Source: Terracidiphilus sp. (GTDB lineage: Bacteria > Acidobacteriota > Terriglobia > Terriglobales > Acidobacteriaceae). Taken from it: 64,000 bases of DNA. Positions 20,208 through 28,713 of the stretch are shown piece after piece. The notes beneath the pieces were generated by a model that searched no databases, was not told the origin of the DNA, and was given only the letters and a program-made list of their open reading frames with translations. The position numbers were made by a program, and so were the translations under genes. How positions within the stretch are numbered: position 1 is the stretch's first letter; each line of letters opens with the position of its first letter. Location: NCBI GenBank assembly GCA_036502485.1, contig DASXYM010000016.1. The stretch is one strand, 5' to 3'.

Positions 20208-21077
20208 TTAGCTCGCCCCCTTCAACACGCCGCGGCTGGTCACATACCGCACCAGCGATACTGCAAACACAATCAGAAGAATCAGTACTAATGCGCCGCC
20301 CCACGCCATCCGGTGCCAGTCGTCGTAAGGCGAAAGCGCAAACACATAAATCTGCAGCGGCAACGCCGCGATAGGACGATTCGGGTCGGTGCTCCAGAAC
20401 GAGTTGCCCAGCGCCGTAAACAGCAACGGAGCCGTCTCACCCGCCACCCGCGAAAACGCCAGCATGCAACCCGTGATAATGCCCGGCGACGCCGTCTTCA
20501 CCGTGATCGACAGCACCGAACGCCAGTTCGGAAGCCCCAGCCCCAGAGCCGCCTCGCGCACCGCATTCGGCACCATCAGCAGCATCTCTTCGCTGGTGCG
20601 GGTCACCGTGGGAATCATCATGATGCCCAAAGCCACTCCGCCCGCCAGCGCCGAAAAGTGCCCCTGCCGCATCACCACCAGCGAATACGCCGCCAGCCCC
20701 ATCACGATCGAAGGCACCCCGTTAAGCACATCGGCCGTAAACCGGATGCCGTGTGCCAGGCGCGTTCCTCGCCCGAACTCGGCCAGGTAGATACCGCCGC
20801 CGATGCCAATGGGAACTCCAATCAGGCTCGCCAGACCCAGCAGCACCGCCGAGCCGACAATCGCGTGCGCCATGCCCCCGCCCATCTCGCCGGGCGGCTT
20901 CTGCACCTTGGTGAAGAAGTCGAGATTCAGCGAACTCGCGCCCTTGTAGACCAGGTAGATAAAAATCGCAAACAGCGGCAGAATCACCACCCCCGTGGCC
21001 GCGATCGCCAGGAACGTCACCATGTGATCGGTCACGCTGCGCACCCGCGAGTTGTAGCTATGCTCCCTGGTCTGCAC
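20208..21077 (-). CDS. pstA: Phosphate ABC transporter permease
   Basis: LNGVPSIVMG, VPNAVREAALGLG, RVAGETAPLLFT; operon position. Confidence 0.96.
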   Translation of the reverse strand: MQTREHSYNSRVRSVTDHMVTFLAIAATGVVILPLFAIFIYLVYKGASSLNLDFFTKVQKPPGEMGGGMAHAIVGSAVLLGLASLIGVPIGIGGGIYLAEFGRGTRLAHGIRFTADVLNGVPSIVMGLAAYSLVVMRQGHFSALAGGVALGIMMIPTVTRTSEEMLLMVPNAVREAALGLGLPNWRSVLSITVKTASPGIITGCMLAFSRVAGETAPLLFTALGNSFWSTDPNRPIAALPLQIYVFALSPYDDWHRMAWGGALVLILLIVFAVSLVRYVTSRGVLKGAS

Positions 21078-21086
21078 CTTGGCTCC

Positions 21087-22187
21087 TTACTGCACCCGCG
21101 CCGGGGCGCCGCGCGTCACCATCCACACCAGGAACCGCGCCAGCGCATTCACGATGATCGTCACGATAAACAATGCCAGTCCGATCTCCGTCAAGGCGCT
21201 CCGATGCAGATCCGTAACCGCCTCGGCGTACTCGTTGGCGATGACCGCTGCCATCGATGTCCCGTTCGCCAGCACCGATTTGCTGATCTCCGGCGTATTG
21301 CCAATCACCATGGTCACCGCCATGGTCTCGCCCAGCGCACGGCCCAGTCCCAGGATGACCGCGCCCACAATGCCAATCCGAGCATTGCGCAACACCCCCG
21401 TGCGTATCATCTCCCAACGAGTGGCGCCCAGCGCCAGCACCGCCTCGCGCTGCGAGTGCGGTACAGCGATCATCACCTCGCGCGTGAGTGAAGAAATAAT
21501 CGGCAAAATCATGATCGCCAGAATTACCGCCGAGGCAAAATAGCCCAGCCCCGTCGGATTGTCATCGCCAAACATTCCGGTCCATCCCAGGCTTCGGATC
21601 AGCAGGGGATTTACATACTGCCGCAACAGCGGCACCAGCACAAACACAGCCCACAGCCCGTAAATCACGCTGGGAATCGCGGCCAGCAGTTCCGTCAGAA
21701 ACGCCAGCGCGGTGCGCAGTGCCTTGGGGCACATTTCCGTGAGAAACACAGCCACGCCAATGGCCAGCGGAACGGAAATCAGCAGAGCCATAAACGATGT
21801 GACCAGCGTCCCGTAAACAAAAGGCAGCGCGCTGAAATGCCCGTTTACCGGGTCCCAGTACCAGGGCTTGTGCGTCGACGGGTCGACATCGGCCCTGAAA
21901 AAGAACTGAAATCCGAAGTTCTTCCACGCCAGATCGGACCGAAGCACCAGCTCAAAAGCGATCAGGGCCACAATGGCGAAGATGCTCAATCCGCACAGAA
22001 ACATCAGCCATTGAAAACCCCTGTCCGCCATCGCGGAGTTTCCGCGGGACAGGAGGAACTTCCGGACTTCCGACTCACGCGCCGGTGCTTGCGCCCTGGG
22101 CGCTTCCAGCGTGGAAGATCCCGGTGCAGGCGGAGGTTTGATTTGGGGTACACGTATCTCGGGCACTTGTCCGATCACCAGTGACAA
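21087..22187 (-). CDS. pstC: Phosphate ABC transporter permease (true start probably somewhat downstream of 22187)
   Basis: LAAIPSVIYGLW, REAVLALGATRWE, GRALGETMAVTMVIGN. Confidence 0.95.
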   Translation of the reverse strand: MSLVIGQVPEIRVPQIKPPPAPGSSTLEAPRAQAPARESEVRKFLLSRGNSAMADRGFQWLMFLCGLSIFAIVALIAFELVLRSDLAWKNFGFQFFFRADVDPSTHKPWYWDPVNGHFSALPFVYGTLVTSFMALLISVPLAIGVAVFLTEMCPKALRTALAFLTELLAAIPSVIYGLWAVFVLVPLLRQYVNPLLIRSLGWTGMFGDDNPTGLGYFASAVILAIMILPIISSLTREVMIAVPHSQREAVLALGATRWEMIRTGVLRNARIGIVGAVILGLGRALGETMAVTMVIGNTPEISKSVLANGTSMAAVIANEYAEAVTDLHRSALTEIGLALFIVTIIVNALARFLVWMVTRGAPARVQ

Positions 22188-22220
22188 GGCTACCCGGCAA
22201 TTATGAACATAACGTTACAG
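22181..22220 (-). promoter_or_regulatory. Candidate PHO box
   Basis: Minus strand CTGTAAC-GTTA-TGTTCAT, plus TTGTCAC in the same 11-bp register (starts at 22220, 22209, 22187), upstream of pstC. Resembles the CTGTCAT consensus. Confidence 0.55.
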
Positions 22221-22284
22221 TCCAGCAAAATCAGACGCATACAGCCGGTGAAAAAGCCCCCCTGTCAGATACCCTAGTTCCCTG

Positions 22285-24846
22285 ATGCACCTCTTGAGGA
22301 GCCCGATGCGCCGTACTCTTGCCCTGCTGCTTTTCGCCGCCGCCTCCCTGCCCCTGGGCGCCCAGACACCCCAGCCTTCCGGTCCGGCCGTGGATGCCAA
22401 CCCAGACCCTCCAACCCGCCCGTGGCATGCCTCCTGGATCACCCATCCGACCGCCCCGCTGCGGGATCCCCTCGTCCTGCACTTCCGCCGCGACCTCCAT
22501 CTGACCGCCGCCCCCGCCACCTACATCGTCCGCGTCAGCGCCGACAATCGCTTCCTCCTCTATGTGAACGGAAAGCGCGTCGGCGATGGCCCCGCCCGCG
22601 GCGACCTCACCCACTGGCGCTACGAGCGGTTCGATCTCGCACCGCACCTTCGCGCCGGCTCCAACCTCATCACCGCCACAGTCTGGAACTTCGGAGTCCT
22701 TGCCCCCATTGCCCAGATGAGCGACCGCACCGCCTTCCTGCTCGAAAGCGAAGCCACAGGCGATACAGGCATCAGCACCCCGGGCGGATGGCAGGTCGAA
22801 GTCGAACCCGGCCAGACCCCGCTTCCGCGTTCCAGCCTCACCTACACCGCCTACTACGCCTCCGGCCCCGGCGAGCAACTCGACGCTGCCCAATATGACT
22901 GGAGCTGGGATGCGCAATCCGCGGCCGGATCCAACTGGGTCAAACCCGGCGACCCCATGCGCGACAGCGCCTCCCCCGGCACCAACCGCGCCCACTCCGC
23001 CGACGAGACCGGCGACAACCCCTGGGGACTTGTGCCCGACGAGCTGCCGCACATGGCGTACTCTCCCGTCGACCCCGGCAAGGTAGTCCGTGCCACCGCT
23101 ACAAAAGGCGAATCGGTCCCGGGCGAGCCAGGCAAAGTGAGCGCATCGGTGAGTTCTCCTCATGGTTCGTTCGAGGGCTTCCCGGCAGAATCCGGCGTCG
23201 TTCCGGCGCACGCGCATCTGGCCTTGCTGCTCGACCGCAAAGCCCTCACCACCGCCTACCCGCAACTCACCGTCTCCGGCGGAAAAGGCGCCAAAATCCA
23301 ACTCACCTACTCTGAAGCCCTCTTCGACGACAAGTTTCACAAGGGTGACCGCGACGCCCTCGACTACACCGGCGCGCAGGGTCAAAAACACGATCGCAAA
23401 GCCGCCGGCCTGAATGACCTTTTCCTTCCTGATGGCGGCCGGCATCGCACCTTCGAACCCCTCTGGTGGCGCACCTGGCGGTATCTCGATCTCGACATCG
23501 CCACCGGCGATCAGCCGCTCACGCTCGAGTCCTTGAAAGCGCAGTTCACGGCCTATCCATTTGAAGAGCGTGCCAGGCTGACCACCGGAAAGCCGGACCT
23601 CGACAAGATCTGGGAAATCAGTTGGCGGACGGCGCGGCTCGATGCCCACGAAACCTATATGGATACGCCGTACTACGAGCAGCTTCAATACATCGGAGAT
23701 ACGCGCATTCAGGCGCTCATCTCGTACACCGTAGGCGGCGATGACCGGCTGGGGCGACAGGCCCTCGAAGCCTTCAACACATCGCGCATTCCCGAAGGCA
23801 TCACGCGCTCCCGCTATCCCAGTTCCCTGCCCCAGAACATCCCCACCTTCTCCCTCCTCTGGATTGGCATGCTCCACGACTGGTGGATGTACCGGCCCGA
23901 TCCCGCGCCAGTCAAGGAGTCCCTCCAGGGCACACGCTCCGTGCTCAACTGGTTCGCGCAATATGAGCAGCCCGACGGCCTGCTGAAAAAGGTGCCGTGG
24001 TGGTCGTTCGTGGACTGGGTGATCAAAGGTGAGCTGGGGAGCTACGGAGCGAAAGGCGAGTCGTGCCTCACCTCTCTCGAATACCTCGGCGCGCTGAACG
24101 ATGCCGCCGATCTCGAACAGGCCTTTGGCGACCCGCACATCGCCGGCCAACACCGGGAGCGCGCCGCGCGCCTGCGGTCAGGCTTGGCCTCGCAGTGCTG
24201 GAGCACGGAGAGAAAGCTGCTGGCAGACAATCCCGACCGCAAAGACTTCTCGGAGCAGGCCAACATCCTCGGCGTCCTCTATGACGTGATTCCCAAAGAG
24301 CAGCAGAAGGACGTGCTCACCCGCATGCTTCCCATCCAACCCGGCGAAACTCCGAACGGCATGCAGAGCGCCTCGCTCTATTTCCGCTTCTACCTGGCCC
24401 GAGCCCTGGACCACGCCGGCATGGCGGACGACTATCTGAAATCGCTGGATGCGTGGCGCAGTCTGCTGCCGTTGCACTTCAGCACCTGGCCGGAGCAGCC
24501 CGGAAATACGCGCTCCGACTCGCACGCCTGGACGGCTCACCCCATCTATGACCTGCTCACCCTGGTCGTCGGCATCGAGCCCGCCAGTCCTGGATTCAAG
24601 ACCGTCCGCATCGCGCCGCATCTGGGCGACCTGCCTTCCCTCAGCGCTTCGTATCCGCATCCGGAGGGAATGATCGCAGTGGAGTACCACTGGACTCCCG
24701 CTGAACGCAATGTGCAGATGAAAGGCGGTTCCGTCTTCCACGCCACGATCACCCTGCCGGGTTCTCTCAATGGGACATTCGAATTCGATGGCAGAACGCA
24801 GGAGCTCAAGCCCGGCGTCAATCGCGTCGAGATACCCATGAAGTAA
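22285..24846 (+). CDS. Alpha-L-rhamnosidase-like glycoside hydrolase (GH78)
   Basis: Signal peptide, VSADNRFLLYVNG, MDTPYYEQLQYIGDTRIQ, RSDSHAW. Start may be at 22306. Confidence 0.88.
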   Translation: MHLLRSPMRRTLALLLFAAASLPLGAQTPQPSGPAVDANPDPPTRPWHASWITHPTAPLRDPLVLHFRRDLHLTAAPATYIVRVSADNRFLLYVNGKRVGDGPARGDLTHWRYERFDLAPHLRAGSNLITATVWNFGVLAPIAQMSDRTAFLLESEATGDTGISTPGGWQVEVEPGQTPLPRSSLTYTAYYASGPGEQLDAAQYDWSWDAQSAAGSNWVKPGDPMRDSASPGTNRAHSADETGDNPWGLVPDELPHMAYSPVDPGKVVRATATKGESVPGEPGKVSASVSSPHGSFEGFPAESGVVPAHAHLALLLDRKALTTAYPQLTVSGGKGAKIQLTYSEALFDDKFHKGDRDALDYTGAQGQKHDRKAAGLNDLFLPDGGRHRTFEPLWWRTWRYLDLDIATGDQPLTLESLKAQFTAYPFEERARLTTGKPDLDKIWEISWRTARLDAHETYMDTPYYEQLQYIGDTRIQALISYTVGGDDRLGRQALEAFNTSRIPEGITRSRYPSSLPQNIPTFSLLWIGMLHDWWMYRPDPAPVKESLQGTRSVLNWFAQYEQPDGLLKKVPWWSFVDWVIKGELGSYGAKGESCLTSLEYLGALNDAADLEQAFGDPHIAGQHRERAARLRSGLASQCWSTERKLLADNPDRKDFSEQANILGVLYDVIPKEQQKDVLTRMLPIQPGETPNGMQSASLYFRFYLARALDHAGMADDYLKSLDAWRSLLPLHFSTWPEQPGNTRSDSHAWTAHPIYDLLTLVVGIEPASPGFKTVRIAPHLGDLPSLSASYPHPEGMIAVEYHWTPAERNVQMKGGSVFHATITLPGSLNGTFEFDGRTQELKPGVNRVEIPMK

Positions 24847-24877
24847 CGCCTCCTGCCGGCGCGATGCCCCCGTGGTA

Positions 24878-24915
24878 GTCCCTTCGTCCCTGTTTCCCTT
24901 TTCCCTTTTCCCTGT
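24878..24915. repeat. 7-8-nt tandem array (TTCCCTK-like)
   Basis: CCC triplets start at 24880, 24888, 24896, 24903 and 24910. Confidence 0.6.
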
Positions 24916-25008
24916 CTACTGGTCCGCAGCGGACAAGGAATCCGATCAAGCACCGGCAGGGACGTCATACCGTTTCACGCCGCGGGTAAATCGTGTTACA
25001 ACTTCGTC

Positions 25009-26079
25009 ATGCCAAAGGGAAAGACAAGTATGCCTCCGGGACACGTCAATCTGCGCATGCTCGCGGAGTACCTCGAGCTCTCGCAGACTACCGTATCGCT
25101 GGTGCTGAACAACTCCCCTTCGGCCAAATCCATTCCGCCGGAAACCCGGCAGCGCGTCATGGAAGCGGCGCAAAAGCTCAACTACCGGCCCAACTACTTC
25201 GCCAGATCGCTTCGGCAGAGCCGCTCCATGAGCGTAGGCGTGCTGGCCCCCGACCTCAGCGAAGGCTACTTCACCCGCGTCATGAACGGCGTTGTGCAGG
25301 AGCTGACCGCCGCCCGCTACTTCTACTTCACCGCCTGCCACGACTGGCGCAAGGAACTGATTGAGCAGTATCCGCGCATGCTGGTGGAGCGCGCCGTCGA
25401 CGGGTTTCTGTTGCTGAACACGCCGGCAGACCAGATCCAGGTGCCCGTGCCGGTGGTCGCCATCTCCGCCCACAGCCAGGTCGAAAACGTTACCAATATC
25501 GTTCTCGATCACCACGCCGCGGTGGAACTCGCCCTGAAGCACCTCTACGACCTGGGACATCGCCGCATCGCCTTCATGCGCGGCCCCAAAGCGATTCCCG
25601 ACTCCGAATACCGCTGGGATGCCATTCAGGAAGTGACTGCGGAGATGGGGCTCAAAATCGACCCAGCCAACGTGATCCGCATCGATGCCGAAGGCTGGTC
25701 GATGAAAACCGGCTATCATCCCATGGCGCCCGAGATCGGCTACAAGCCCATGAAGGCGCTGCTCGACAAGCACCGCAGCTTTACCGCCATGTTCTGCTTC
25801 AATGACATCGCCGCCATCGGAGCCATCCGCGCGCTCAAGGACTCAGGCTGCTCGGTCCCCCAGGATGTGTCCGTGGTCGGGTTCGACGACATCCTGTCCG
25901 CCGCCTACTCCACGCCTTCGCTGACCACCGTGCGGCAGCCGCTGCTGGAGATGGGCAAGCGCGGCGCAGAGGTGCTGCTGGACCGGATCGCGAACCGCGA
26001 CAAGGAATATCCGGCCGAGATCACGATGGAGCCGGAGCTGATTGTGCGCGAATCCACCGCACCTGCGCCCACGGCCTGA
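25009..26079 (+). CDS. LacI family transcriptional regulator
   Basis: LAEYLELSQTTVSLVLN, LNYRPNYFARSL, CFNDIAAIGA, VSVVGFDD, PSLTTVRQP. Confidence 0.96.
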   Translation: MPKGKTSMPPGHVNLRMLAEYLELSQTTVSLVLNNSPSAKSIPPETRQRVMEAAQKLNYRPNYFARSLRQSRSMSVGVLAPDLSEGYFTRVMNGVVQELTAARYFYFTACHDWRKELIEQYPRMLVERAVDGFLLLNTPADQIQVPVPVVAISAHSQVENVTNIVLDHHAAVELALKHLYDLGHRRIAFMRGPKAIPDSEYRWDAIQEVTAEMGLKIDPANVIRIDAEGWSMKTGYHPMAPEIGYKPMKALLDKHRSFTAMFCFNDIAAIGAIRALKDSGCSVPQDVSVVGFDDILSAAYSTPSLTTVRQPLLEMGKRGAEVLLDRIANRDKEYPAEITMEPELIVRESTAPAPTA

Positions 26080-26460
26080 ATCACGACCGCTCCCCGGGCC
26101 AGCCTTGTGACCACCGGCACAGCTTCGCAGGGTCACTCTGGTGCACAATGGACTCCTTCCAATCATGGCCAGTCTTGCGCAATCCCGTAACCTAACTCAC
26201 AACCTGCCCCTCACGCCCTGGAGAGTGTTTACTACAAAACTAATAGGGTTTTACCCCCATTCGCTGCAAACCTTTCACCCCGATATAGCGCGTAAGTTGA
26301 TGAAATTTATACAGTTTATGCGAAAAATGGCCGCAGGTCATATTTTCGCCCTGAACCCGAAGATATTGCGAATGTCCGGCGAAAAAAGACCCACCTTCCC
26401 GAATCACCTTTCGGGGGCAAAAGTTACTTACTGGTAAACACATCCAGCCCCGAGCGACGC

Positions 26461-26667
26461 TCACCCGCAGAAGGTCTGGAACCAGCGGCTGATGTACACC
26501 TGCGCGTGAGCCTCACCGCAGTAATGGCGTGCGTGCGGCGCATTGGCGGCTTCCTTGGTCCAGCGATGGATGGCCAGTTGCGTGTCCCCGCAGTGGATGA
26601 CGAACCACCGCACCGGGTTCTGGCTCTCTTCTCCGCAAATCTCACAACGATAGTTGGTTTCAATCAT
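26461..26667 (-). CDS. Small putative zinc-binding protein
   Basis: MIETNYRCEICGEE...HYCGEAH; GGAGG SD before ATG 26667. Confidence 0.75.
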   Translation of the reverse strand: MIETNYRCEICGEESQNPVRWFVIHCGDTQLAIHRWTKEAANAPHARHYCGEAHAQVYISRWFQTFCG

Positions 26668-26752
26668 TTGGGGGCAGCCTCCGGAGGACAACGGTTAGAT
26701 GTTAGGTTGGTTATGCTGCTGCGGCGACGCCCGGGTCTAAGGCTCTTCTGGA

Positions 26753-26813
26753 CCCTGATGCCTGGTCCCTGGTGCCTGATCCCTGGCCCCGCTCCCTGGT
26801 TCTGCTCCCTGCT
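26753..26813. repeat. Heptamer tandem array (SCCTGRT) starting at the hom stop codon
   Basis: ccctgat gcctggt ccctggt gcctgat ccctggc ... ccctggt ... ccctgct. Confidence 0.8.
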
Positions 26814-28107
26814 ACTCGAGCATCTGCAGATCGAGCGGCGGTTCCAGCAGGCAGTCCATGGTGCGGATGCTGGCAAGAGCCCGCTGCAATGCCGACGACT
26901 TGCACGGTTCCACGGTGACGACGAAAGGCAGCGCATTGGCCGGATAGCCGGCCTTCTGCATGATGGCGCGAATGTTGATGCGCTCGCGGGCCAGGGCTCC
27001 GGTGATTTCAGCCACAATGCCCGGCCGGTCGTTGACCAGAAAACGGATGTAGTGCGGCACTTCAAACTCCGCCCCGATTCTTGTCGTCTGCGACGGGATA
27101 TCTACGCGGCGCGATCCGTGTGCCAGGGCGATCAGATCGCTGACCACGGCCACAGCCGTCGGGTGCCCGCCTGCGCCGTGGCCGCTGAAGACCACGTCCC
27201 CGCCGTAGTGGCCGCTGAGGATGACCATGTTCTCCGTACCTCGCGACCACGCCATGGGCGAATGCAAATCGATCAGCGTGGGGCCGACGGTCGCGGCGAC
27301 AGCGCCGTTGGTCTTCTGGGCTCGGGCCACCTGGCGAATGGTGCAGCCCAGATCGCGCGCATAGCTGAAGTCAACCGCCGTCACCTCGGTGATAGGCCGC
27401 GGATGGATCTCGTCGGGATCGACCTCCACGCGCAGAGCCAGCCGCATGAGGATGGCAAGCTTGGCGCGCGCGTCGAATCCGCACACGTCTTCCGTCGGGT
27501 CTGCCTCGGCATAGCCTCGCTGCTGGGCCGTGGCGAGCACCGGCGCATATTCCGCGCCCGCTTCCATCTGGCTGAGAATGAAGTTGCACGTGCCGTTGAG
27601 GATGCCCTCCAGCTTCTCAATGCGGTCACCGGCCAGGCCCTGCTCGATGCCGGGAATGACCGGAATCCCGCCCGCCACGGCAGCGCCGTACTTGATATGT
27701 CCGCCGCGCTGTGCGGCCAGCTTTTCCAACTCCACGCCGTGAAACGCGATGAGCTTCTTGTTGGCTGTGACCACGCTTTTGCCTGCCTCGAGGGCACGGC
27801 GAATGAAGCTGCCTGCGGGGTCCAGCCCGCCCATAAGTTCCACGATCACGTCCGCATCGGACGCCAGAACCGCGTCGGCGTCTTCGCTCCACTGGACGGC
27901 GGTCCCTGCCCAATCGGCGCGCTTGCGTCCCACATTGCGATTGAAGACGTGCGTCAGCTCCACCCCTTCAGGCTTGCATTCGGCCAGGATACGGGCCACG
28001 GAACTGCCGACCGTGCCGAATCCGAAGATGGCTGCGCGCAGCGGACGCAGCCTGCGCGCCTCCTGCGGGGCCGCGGCCGAGCCTGACGGAACAGTTGCTT
28101 GAGACAC
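26812..28107 (-). CDS. hom: Homoserine dehydrogenase with C-terminal ACT domain
   Basis: FGFGTVGS, VVTANKKLIA, AVAGGIPVI, GILNGTCNFIL, GYAEADPT, GAGGHPTAVAVVSD. GAGGAG SD before GTG 28107. Confidence 0.95.
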   Translation of the reverse strand: MSQATVPSGSAAAPQEARRLRPLRAAIFGFGTVGSSVARILAECKPEGVELTHVFNRNVGRKRADWAGTAVQWSEDADAVLASDADVIVELMGGLDPAGSFIRRALEAGKSVVTANKKLIAFHGVELEKLAAQRGGHIKYGAAVAGGIPVIPGIEQGLAGDRIEKLEGILNGTCNFILSQMEAGAEYAPVLATAQQRGYAEADPTEDVCGFDARAKLAILMRLALRVEVDPDEIHPRPITEVTAVDFSYARDLGCTIRQVARAQKTNGAVAATVGPTLIDLHSPMAWSRGTENMVILSGHYGGDVVFSGHGAGGHPTAVAVVSDLIALAHGSRRVDIPSQTTRIGAEFEVPHYIRFLVNDRPGIVAEITGALARERINIRAIMQKAGYPANALPFVVTVEPCKSSALQRALASIRTMDCLLEPPLDLQMLE

Positions 28108-28260
28108 GGATACTCCTCTCCGGAAAGGGGGACGGTGAAAAAATGCGATGTGCCGATCATACCTGAGCCGCGTCCCGCATCTATCTGATTGCCGCGCTCC
28201 CAAAGGAGTGCTTGCCTTAACACAAAGACTGCTGATAAAGCTCATGTAAGGATTGAAAGC

Positions 28261-28614
28261 ATGCGGCGGCTCGTTTCCATCGCGATGGTGTTGCTGTTCT
28301 GGCTGGGGCCTCTGAGCGCCCTCCTGCCCGGCAGCGATGAGTCGCAGCTGCCCGCCTGCTGCCGCCGCCACGGCGTACACCGTTGCGTGATGTCGATCGA
28401 CGAGGCTTCCGGGCCGGTGCACGTTGTAAGCGCCCCTGCCAGTTGCCCCCGGTATCACCGGCCCGCGCCCGCCACACGCTGCGGTTTCACTCTACCGGGG
28501 GGATTTTCCATTGCGCACGCGACGGCCGCGGAGCCGATCGTGCCCAGCGTACAGATCGTCACCGCGCATCAGGCGCGCCCTGCCGCCGATCGCGGCCCTC
28601 CCGCCCTCCTCTAA
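28261..28614 (+). CDS. DUF2946-like leader protein with a Cys/His motif and C-terminal RGPP
   Basis: N-terminal hydrophobic segment, LPACCRRHGVHRC, CPRY and terminal DRGPPALL, 99 bp upstream of a TonB-dependent receptor gene. Confidence 0.75.
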   Translation: MRRLVSIAMVLLFWLGPLSALLPGSDESQLPACCRRHGVHRCVMSIDEASGPVHVVSAPASCPRYHRPAPATRCGFTLPGGFSIAHATAAEPIVPSVQIVTAHQARPAADRGPPALL

Positions 28615-28713
28615 AACAGCACTCTCTTCCCTTCAATCAACCATTTCCCCTGGTTCTGTCGCAAGCAGCTTTTTGCTGCTGCTCGTTCGTGCTGCTTTTG
28701 GAGGTCGGGCTTC

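Noticed and set aside
24965-24977. LacI-type operator TCATACCGTTTCA upstream of lacI
   Set aside because: The left half-site matches poorly and the symmetry is off; too weak to call.
28110-28260. Possible SAM or SAH riboswitch upstream of hom (TTATC...GATAG, GGAGCGCGGCAA...TCAGG)
   Set aside because: Only fragments of the consensus are present, and the pseudoknot partner and core joining motifs are missing. An Rfam scan would settle it.
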